From positions 1,200,001 to 1,232,000 of the forward strand of contig NC_008340.1 in NCBI RefSeq assembly GCF_000014785.1: a stretch of DNA of 32,000 nucleotides. The letters are read 5' to 3'. Shown in pieces: positions 26,002-32,000 of this stretch. Under the pieces are notes generated by a model that did not search any database, was not told where the DNA came from, and saw only the letters and a program-made list of their open reading frames with translations. Numbering within the stretch: the first letter of the stretch is position 1; each line of letters begins with the position of its first letter. The translations under genes were made by a program, and so were the position numbers. Origin of the DNA: Alkalilimnicola ehrlichii MLHE-1. GTDB taxonomy: Bacteria > Pseudomonadota > Gammaproteobacteria > Nitrococcales > Halorhodospiraceae.

Positions 26002-27557
26002 CGCCGCCTGAAGGCGCTGACCAGCGTCTGGCCCAGTCGGCCCATCACCGATGGCTGCCCCAGCCGGTGCACCACCCTGAGGCCGTCCGGATCCGAGGCG
26101 ACGAGCGCTGCCCGGCCGATCGCCTTGGCGTGGTAGGCCGCCTCATCCGCCTCGGCAAGCAGTTCGCGGGCTGACACCTCCGGTTCGCTGCGGGGGTCGA
26201 CGCTGCGCATGCCTATAGAGGCTGTCACCTGCAGGGACTTGCCTTCGCGGACGGCATAGCGCGTCTCGGCGGCTTGCTTCAGCACCCGGGTCAGCGCCGT
26301 CTTGGCGGTTTCGCCACCGGTGTTGGGCATGACAATAGCGAACTCCTCGCCGCCGTAGCGGGCGACTAGGTCGTCGCCGCGCACCAGCCGGGAGAGTTTC
26401 TGGGCGAAATGGTTGAGGACAACATCGCCCGCTGCATGGCCGTAGTCGTCGTTTACCGGTTTGAAGCGATCCAGGTCGGCGAAGGCGACGGTGACCGGCG
26501 TGCCGGCGGTGCGGGCATCCTCCAGGGTGACCTCCAGGAAGGAGAAGAGCTTGCGGCGGTTCCAGACGCCGGTCAGTTCATCGCGCAGGCTGGATTCCTC
26601 CAGCTGACGGGCGCGTTCGCGTAAGGCGTCGGCCTGGCTGTTGGCCTCATGGGTCGTTTTGAATTGGGACAGATTCTGGAACAGTAGCACCTCCCGCGCC
26701 TGGTCCATTACGCCGACCATGATCTGCTCGTCGAATTGGCTGAGATCCAGCAGGGCAAGGTTGCCCTTGATCGCCTCGTCGGCCTCGGTGATCAGTTGGT
26801 AGAGTTGCTCTGGTGACCAGGCCCAGCGCCGGGCGACCAGGTCCCGGCTATTGTCCAGCTGCCCGCCGGTATCGTCGGCAAGCCAGATCCCCACCAGCTC
26901 GTCCGCCACCCCGACGACCTCTACCAGCGCTTGGTCTTCGTCGGGGATATGCGGCAGCCGCCGGTCCAGGTCCCGGGTTGCCCAACTGACACTCGCCAGG
27001 TAGTCCGGCAGCCGCCATTCATTGATCAGCCAGGCCCCGACCTCCGCCGCAAGCTGTGCCGCCGCCTGCTCATCACTCGTCCAGCCGGGGTGGTCGGCCG
27101 GGGTGATGCTGTCCAGCACCAGAACACCGATATCCTTTAACAGCCCGGCGAGCATTGCCTCTGCACCGGCCAACCCGCGCGATTTCGCAATCAGTGCGGC
27201 TACACTGGCGACGCAGGCGGAGCGGCGCCAGAAGTGTTCATAGTCCAGGCGACCGGCTTCCAGACGGCGGATGGTGGTGAACAGACAGAAGGACAGACTG
27301 AGGGTGAGGGTGGCATCGTAGCCCAGCACCATCTGGGCCTCGCGGAGCGAGCGCACCTCGCCCACCCGGCGAAAGGCCGGCGAATTGCTGGCCCGCAGCA
27401 GGCGCGCGGAAAGGGCCGGATCGAGTTGGATGGCCTCGTACAGTTCGCGCGGCTGGGGCTCGTTGCTGCGCGCAATGTCCAGGATACGGACCGCTGCCGG
27501 TGGGAGAGAAGGGAGAGCAGGGGTGGCTTTCAGGCGCCGTTTCAAATCCGGGTCCAT
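25998..27557 (-). CDS. HDOD domain plus GGDEF (GGEEF) diguanylate cyclase
   Basis: 519 aa. N-terminal HDOD-like 'LPSLPPAAVRILDIARSNEPQPRELYEAIQLDPALSARLLRASNSPAF'; C-terminal 'DELTGVWNRRKLFSFLE...FADLDRFKPVNDDYGHAAGDVVL...ARYGGEEFAIVMP'. RBS-like AAGGGAG upstream. Confidence 0.9.
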   Translation of the reverse strand: MDPDLKRRLKATPALPSLPPAAVRILDIARSNEPQPRELYEAIQLDPALSARLLRASNSPAFRRVGEVRSLREAQMVLGYDATLTLSLSFCLFTTIRRLEAGRLDYEHFWRRSACVASVAALIAKSRGLAGAEAMLAGLLKDIGVLVLDSITPADHPGWTSDEQAAAQLAAEVGAWLINEWRLPDYLASVSWATRDLDRRLPHIPDEDQALVEVVGVADELVGIWLADDTGGQLDNSRDLVARRWAWSPEQLYQLITEADEAIKGNLALLDLSQFDEQIMVGVMDQAREVLLFQNLSQFKTTHEANSQADALRERARQLEESSLRDELTGVWNRRKLFSFLEVTLEDARTAGTPVTVAFADLDRFKPVNDDYGHAAGDVVLNHFAQKLSRLVRGDDLVARYGGEEFAIVMPNTGGETAKTALTRVLKQAAETRYAVREGKSLQVTASIGMRSVDPRSEPEVSARELLAEADEAAYHAKAIGRAALVASDPDGLRVVHRLGQPSVMGRLGQTLVSAFRRR

Positions 27558-27667
27558 TCGATCTCCCTTTATTATTGTTTACTCTTTAAAAAGGCAATAT
27601 ATGGGTTAGTTCACAAAATGTAGGTATCGATTGAGTCCTGCAGTATGATCGTATGGTGTGCGGCCAC

Positions 27668-27681
27668 ACCTAAGCTTAGGT
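27668..27681. promoter_or_regulatory. 14-bp perfect palindrome ACCTAAGCTTAGGT upstream of the HDOD-GGEEF gene
   Basis: Exact palindrome in an AT-rich stretch, about 110 bp upstream of the minus-strand start at 27557. Confidence 0.35.
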
Positions 27682-27779
27682 AAATACTTCTGAAAGATTA
27701 ATACCCTTTGGCGCGAGCGGTCCACCCTGCCCACCGACCGGTTTCGGCCTCAGGCCTTTATTGTCCCGCCCCAGTTCTA

Positions 27780-27891
27780 GCGCAGCATGGCCTGAATAGC
27801 CTAGCCGGTGTCCGCGGCCGGTGGGCGTGTGAGCACGTCCTTCAGGTATTCAAAGGGCTCCAGCCCGTTGGCCTTGGCCCTCTCATTCCGG
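27780..27891 (-). mobile_element. Remnant of an IS66-family transposase C-terminus
   Basis: Minus-strand reading 'NERAKANGLEPFEYLKDVLTRPPAADTG*AIQAML' resembles the IS66 TnpC C-terminal 'ETAKANGLEPYxYLRHVLxxLPxAxTxEDIxALLPW' pattern, with an internal stop and no intact ORF. Confidence 0.5.
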
Positions 27892-28046
27892 CAGCGTATT
27901 CCCGCCCACCGTGGAGAGTGGTTCCGGGACCATGACCGCGATTCCGGCGTCAGGCAAGAGTTGGTTGCGCTCCGTCTGGAATCACCGGTCATGTTCGCCG
28001 GCGTACGCACTCGGACCATCTGCGCCTCCCTGCAACCGGGCGATGC

Positions 28047-28157
28047 GTCCCGGGGCTGATTCGGCGGACCGAGCCTGGTGTGCACCAAGCCAATAACGCG
28101 GGCCGGAATACGGTGCAGGTGGTCTTAGACCCTGAGACGGAGGTGGTAGGGCCCTAG
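28047..28157 (+). pseudogene. Remnant of a GGDEF-domain C-terminus, paralogous to the gene at 24913-26001
   Basis: Translates to 'VPGLIRRTEPGVHQANNAGRNTVQVVLDPETEVVGP*'. 28051-28123 matches 25901-25973 at 61/73 nt. The match continues upstream ('CTGCAACCGGGCGAT' vs 'CTGCAAGCGGGGGAT') across a 1-nt indel. Confidence 0.75.
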
Positions 28158-28198
28158 CCAAGGCGCCCCGCGGGGTGTCCCGGTGAAACATATGGCCG

Positions 28199-28225
28199 CC
28201 GGTTGGGGCAGGGCTGCCCCACCGG
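28199..28225. terminator. GC-rich hairpin 3' of the DsrE-like gene
   Basis: CCGGT(T)GGGGCA-GGGC-TGCCCCACCGG, 11 paired bases with one bulge. No T-tract, so the terminator role is tentative. Confidence 0.35.
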
Positions 28226-28250
28226 TGGAGTAAGATCAATAGACCATCGA

Positions 28251-28688
28251 TCAGAAGGCGGCGATGCGGGTCGCACCTTGCCAGAATTCACGCAACTCTG
28301 AAGGGTCAGTGACCCCAATACCGCCGATTAGCTCCTCGGCGGGGTCTTCCGTTCCGGTTAAGGCGTATTCGCAAATATCGACCCGGATGCCCTTACCCAT
28401 CAGGTCCTGCATCAGGCTTTGAGACGTCTGGTCCCGGTCGGGGAGGGTGGGCCCATCGTATCCCTTCCTGGCCAAGGCCGCTCCGCTCCCGCAGAGCACA
28501 ATGCGGACCTCTTCACCTCGGTCATGGAGTTGTTGGCCAATGTCCATCGCCAGGCCCTGAGAGAGGGAGCTGCTGGAGTTAACGCTCAGTATCATCCGTT
28601 TTACGTCGACGTCAGTGGCTTGAGCTGCTGCGGTGCCCATCGAGAGTAAGGCAACCGCTGCCACGATCAGTGTCGGGACAATGCGCAT
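28251..28688 (-). CDS. Exported DsrE/DsrF-like small protein
   Basis: 145 aa. Signal peptide 'MRIVPTLIVAAVALLSMGTAAAQA', then 'KRMILSVNSSSSLSQGLAMDIGQQLHDRGEEVRIVLCGSGAALA...SQSLMQDLMGKGIRVDICEYALTGT', a DsrE-like pattern. RBS-like GGGAG upstream. Confidence 0.6.
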   Translation of the reverse strand: MRIVPTLIVAAVALLSMGTAAAQATDVDVKRMILSVNSSSSLSQGLAMDIGQQLHDRGEEVRIVLCGSGAALARKGYDGPTLPDRDQTSQSLMQDLMGKGIRVDICEYALTGTEDPAEELIGGIGVTDPSELREFWQGATRIAAF

Positions 28689-28869
28689 AAGGGGCTCCCG
28701 GCCGAATAGCCAAGTGTTTGGGTGGGTTGTTTAGCCACTATAGCAGGCGGATGGGGGTTCGGACCGACTGTGGATCAATGCATGCGAGCTGCTTCACGAT
28801 AAGATGTGCATGTCCGCGAATGTAAAATATCGCGCGTTATTGCATAGGAATACAGTGGGTTTATGCGAT

Positions 28870-29415
28870 ATGTCATATGCACCGAATGATCAGTACAGCT
28901 CGCCCTCCAAAGTCCTGCATTGGTTGAGCGCTTTTCTCATCATTGCACTCATCGCCGTGGGGTGGTGGATGACCGGGCTGTCGGAGGACAACCCCATCCG
29001 CGGCAATGTCTATAACCTGCACAAAGCACTTGGTGCCATTACGGTGGTCTTGTTGATAGCGCGCCTGGCGTGGTTCCGGGTCCAGCCCCCGCCGGGGCCA
29101 GTCTCCGCATTGCCACGCCCGTTGCGGCGGCTGAACGTGACGGTGAAGGTTCTACTCTACGCCCTGATGCTGGTAGTGCCGCTCAGCGGTTACGTCATGT
29201 CCAATGCCGCCGGCCATCCGGTTTCGATGTTCGGGTTGTTCAGCCTGCCTTCGCTGGTGCCCGAGAGTCGTGGCCTGGCGGGAGCGGCGAGCACCCTGCA
29301 CACCTGGTCGGCCTATGTGCTGCTGGCGCTGATCGGGGTCCACGTGGCCGGGTCGGTTAAACACCGGCTTACCGACCGTGGTGGCCCTACGGATGTTCTT
29401 CAGCGGATGACCTGA
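28870..29415 (+). CDS. Cytochrome b561 family protein
   Basis: 'SPSKVLHWLSAFLIIALIAVGWWMTG', 'NVYNLHKALGAITVVLLIARLAWF', 'LLYALMLVVPLSGYVMSNAAGHPVSMFG', 'STLHTWSAYVLLALIGVHVAGSVKHRLTDRG'. ORF track starts at 28804; ATG 28870 (MSYAPNDQYSSPSKVLHW) fits the family better. Confidence 0.9.
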   Translation: MSYAPNDQYSSPSKVLHWLSAFLIIALIAVGWWMTGLSEDNPIRGNVYNLHKALGAITVVLLIARLAWFRVQPPPGPVSALPRPLRRLNVTVKVLLYALMLVVPLSGYVMSNAAGHPVSMFGLFSLPSLVPESRGLAGAASTLHTWSAYVLLALIGVHVAGSVKHRLTDRGGPTDVLQRMT

Positions 29416-32000
29416 GGCGTCGGGCCCGGTGCTCGTCGAAGATCACGTACAGGGCCGGGATGACAAACAGGACCAGCACGGTGGACGTGGCCAGGCCAAA
29501 GACCACAGAGATGACCAAAGGTTTGATGGCGTCCGCCTGGGTGCTGGACTCCGCCAGCAGGGGCAACACTCCGGCGGTGGTGGTGCCGGACGAAATCAGG
29601 ATGGCCCGCAGCCGGTCGCGGCTGGCCTGGCCGGCGGCACGCACGGCGGACAGCCCCGCGTCCCGGTGGGCCTTGATGAACAGGATGAGCAGGATGGCGT
29701 TGTTCACGACGATGCCGGCCAGGGAGGCGGCGCCGACCAGCGAGGGCATGGACAGGTAGTAGCCCATCAGCACATGGCCCCAGAGCGCGCCCATGAAGGC
29801 TAGGGGAATGGCCACCATGACCAGCAGCGGCTCCACATAGCTGCGGAACTGGAAGGAGAGGATCACGTAGATCCCGATCAGCCCGATCAGCAGGGCCCGC
29901 CGCACCGACCCTCCCGTCTCCGCCGAACGGGCCACCTGGCCCTCGAAGCCCACGGCCAGCGTGGGGTGAGCGGCCTTGAAGTCCGGCAGCCAATGGTTTT
30001 GTAGGTCATTGACGATGGCCTGGGCATTCGCCACCCGGGGGTTCACGTTGGCCTCCACGGTGACTGTGCGTTGGCCGTCCACCCGGGTAATGCGCGCCCA
30101 CTCGCGGGCTGCCTTACGTTCCGTCGCCACCGCCAGCGGTATGCGTTGGCCGTCCGGCCCGAGCACGGTGAGCTCCTCCAGTGCATCCAGGCGGTTGCGG
30201 TCCCGCTCGGTGTGGCGGACCAGGATTTCCACATCGTGGGCGCCGATGCGCAGTGTGCCCCCCAGTTCCCCCAGTATGGCGGCGCGTAGCTGGCGGGCGG
30301 TTGCCTCCGCCGTGAGCCCCAGCCCATGCGCGCCTTCCGCCATGCGGAACTGGTATTGCGGCTTGCCGGGCCGCAGGTCGTGCAACACGTTGTACACGCC
30401 TTGGTACGTGCCCAGGGTCTCCTTCAGGTGCTCCGACGCCTGCTGAAGTTCGTCGAGGTCGTCGCCGCTCAGGCGAACCTCAATGGGGGTGCCGGCTGGG
30501 CCGAAGCCAGGCTCCTGAATGACCAGGCTGTGTACGCCCGCGATGGGGCCGATGGCCTCACGCCAGGCAGCGGTCAGAGTTTCCAGGTCCACCGTGCGGC
30601 GCTCCGCGGTGAGCAGGTCGACGCTGAGGGTGGCGACATGGGGGCCGGGCTCACCCGCACTGGGGTTGTGATTGAATCGCACCTGCAGGTTGCGCACCAG
30701 CGAGGCACCGTCCGGCTGCTCCGGTGTGAGACGCTCATTCAGTTCTGCCATGGCCTCGCTCACCTGTTTGGCCACCGCCTCGGTGCGGGACAGGGGGGTT
30801 CCCTGGGGCATCAGGATGCGGGCCTCCAGCACATCGCCGTCGATGTCGGGCATGGCCTCGGTACCCAGGTGGCCACCGACCAGGTAGCCGGCTGACGCCA
30901 GCAGTATCACCAGGGTGCCGGCCAGCACCCCATGGCGGAAGCGTATGGCGCGGTCGGCCAGGCTGCCGACACCTTCCCGGAAGCGATCAAAGGCGCGGTC
31001 AAAACCTTGCCGAAGCCGTGAGTTGCCTTTGGACTGAATCCGGTCGAGACCGCCCCGGAGGTGGTGGGGCAACACCAGGAATGCCTCGATCAGGCTGGCG
31101 GTGAGTGCGGCGATGAGCACCACCGGCAAGACCTGTAAAACCGCGCCCAGCTCACCGGCCAGGAAGGACAGCGGGGTGAATACGACTACCGTGGTCAGGA
31201 AAGAGGAGATGACCCCCGGCAGCACCTGACGGGCACCTTCCACCACGGCCTCCAGCGCACGGCTGCCGGCTCGGGCGCGGGCGGAAATGTTGTCGGTGAT
31301 CACGATGGCGTGGTCCATTACCAGGCCGATGGCCATCAACAGCGCGACCAGGGTGATCATGTTGAGCGATAGTCCGGTCAAGGCCATGACCGTGAACGCG
31401 CCCAGGAACCCCACAGGCAGCCCGATGCCGGCCCAAAGGGCCAGACGCGGGCGGAAGAACAGGCTGAGCACTAGCAATACGAGGATCAGCCCGAGCAGCC
31501 CGTTGGAGACCAGCATTTGCAGCCGGTCACGGACGATCGAAGTGGCATCTTGGGTGACGGTCAGCGTCAGGGCCTCGCCCCAGCGTGCGCGCTCCGTTTC
31601 CAGCAACCCTTGCATAGCCTCCATGACATCCAGGGCATCGGCGTGGGTGGCCTTGTGCACCTCCAGCAGGACGGCGCGTCGCCCATTCATGAGCACCTTC
31701 TCCTCCGTGTGTTCCCGGTGCTCGCTCAGTCGGGCGATTTCGGACAATCGCAGTTCCCCACCACCTTCATCGGAGAGCACGACCAGCTCCCCCAGGCCGA
31801 CGAGGTCGTGGCGTTCGTCGGTGAAGCGCAGCAGGATCTCCCGGTCAGGGGTTTCCAGCGTGCCCAGCGGGCTGTCGATATTCTGGGCGGCAACGCGGGC
31901 GGCCAACTCAATGGCGGACAGACCATGCTGTGCGAGGGCGTCATGGCCTACCTCCACCTGCCACTGGCGCTGGGAGAGCCCATGCGTGATGACGTCGGCC
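29387..32000 (-). CDS. Efflux RND transporter permease subunit (AcrB/HAE family), N-terminus truncated by the window edge
   Basis: 'LVSNGLLGLILVLLVLSLFFRPRLALWAGIGLPVGFLGAFTVM', 'GLVMDHAIVITDNI', 'RALLIGLIGIYVILSFQFRSYVEPLLVMVAIPLAFMGALWGHVLMG', 'LVGAASLAGIVVNNAILLILFI'. Frame remains open through position 32000 upstream of the GTG at 31957. Confidence 0.92.
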   Translation of the reverse strand, partial: ADVITHGLSQRQWQVEVGHDALAQHGLSAIELAARVAAQNIDSPLGTLETPDREILLRFTDERHDLVGLGELVVLSDEGGGELRLSEIARLSEHREHTEEKVLMNGRRAVLLEVHKATHADALDVMEAMQGLLETERARWGEALTLTVTQDATSIVRDRLQMLVSNGLLGLILVLLVLSLFFRPRLALWAGIGLPVGFLGAFTVMALTGLSLNMITLVALLMAIGLVMDHAIVITDNISARARAGSRALEAVVEGARQVLPGVISSFLTTVVVFTPLSFLAGELGAVLQVLPVVLIAALTASLIEAFLVLPHHLRGGLDRIQSKGNSRLRQGFDRAFDRFREGVGSLADRAIRFRHGVLAGTLVILLASAGYLVGGHLGTEAMPDIDGDVLEARILMPQGTPLSRTEAVAKQVSEAMAELNERLTPEQPDGASLVRNLQVRFNHNPSAGEPGPHVATLSVDLLTAERRTVDLETLTAAWREAIGPIAGVHSLVIQEPGFGPAGTPIEVRLSGDDLDELQQASEHLKETLGTYQGVYNVLHDLRPGKPQYQFRMAEGAHGLGLTAEATARQLRAAILGELGGTLRIGAHDVEILVRHTERDRNRLDALEELTVLGPDGQRIPLAVATERKAAREWARITRVDGQRTVTVEANVNPRVANAQAIVNDLQNHWLPDFKAAHPTLAVGFEGQVARSAETGGSVRRALLIGLIGIYVILSFQFRSYVEPLLVMVAIPLAFMGALWGHVLMGYYLSMPSLVGAASLAGIVVNNAILLILFIKAHRDAGLSAVRAAGQASRDRLRAILISSGTTTAGVLPLLAESSTQADAIKPLVISVVFGLATSTVLVLFVIPALYVIFDEHRARRLRSSAEEHP

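Noticed and set aside
27808-28059. 83-aa plus-strand ORF and overlapping minus ORFs (27801-28088) as real genes
   Set aside because: The interval is a patchwork of an IS66-like tail on the minus strand and GGDEF-like fragments on the plus strand; the ORFs are chance openings across decayed sequence.
28175-28184. CCCCGCGGGG palindrome
   Set aside because: Short all-GC palindrome expected by chance in this composition; no functional context.
1-32000. CRISPR arrays, tRNA/rRNA genes, prophage or integrase genes
   Set aside because: No regularly spaced identical repeats, no cloverleaf-like or rRNA-like segment noticed, and no phage structural or integrase motif in the ORF track.

Overview
The window is high-GC DNA of gammaproteobacterial character. 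Its left half is a giant 5'-truncated exoprotein ORF (at least 5,718 aa) made of repeated beta-helix-like units. This ORF overlaps by ATGA a gene for an FhaC/ShlB-type two-partner-secretion (TPS) transporter. Next, on the same strand, is a 1,460-aa protein that appears to fuse two alpha/beta-hydrolase (LCAT/PGAP1-like) domains, a middle domain resembling the M17 N-terminal fold, and a C-terminal CHAT (caspase-like) protease with recognisable His and Cys motifs. This locus is the best candidate for an under-described system. The right half holds a PP2A-like metallophosphoesterase, a small exported protein with a duplicated motif, a diguanylate-cyclase-like protein whose GGDEF signature has decayed to GGGAF, and an HDOD-GGEEF protein that overlaps it tail-to-tail. 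A scar region follows with a GGDEF C-terminal remnant (about 84% nt identity to the nearby gene) and an apparent IS66-type transposase remnant. Then come a DsrE-like exported protein, a cytochrome b561 and a right-edge-truncated RND efflux pump. All domain calls come from reading motifs by eye; no database search was run.
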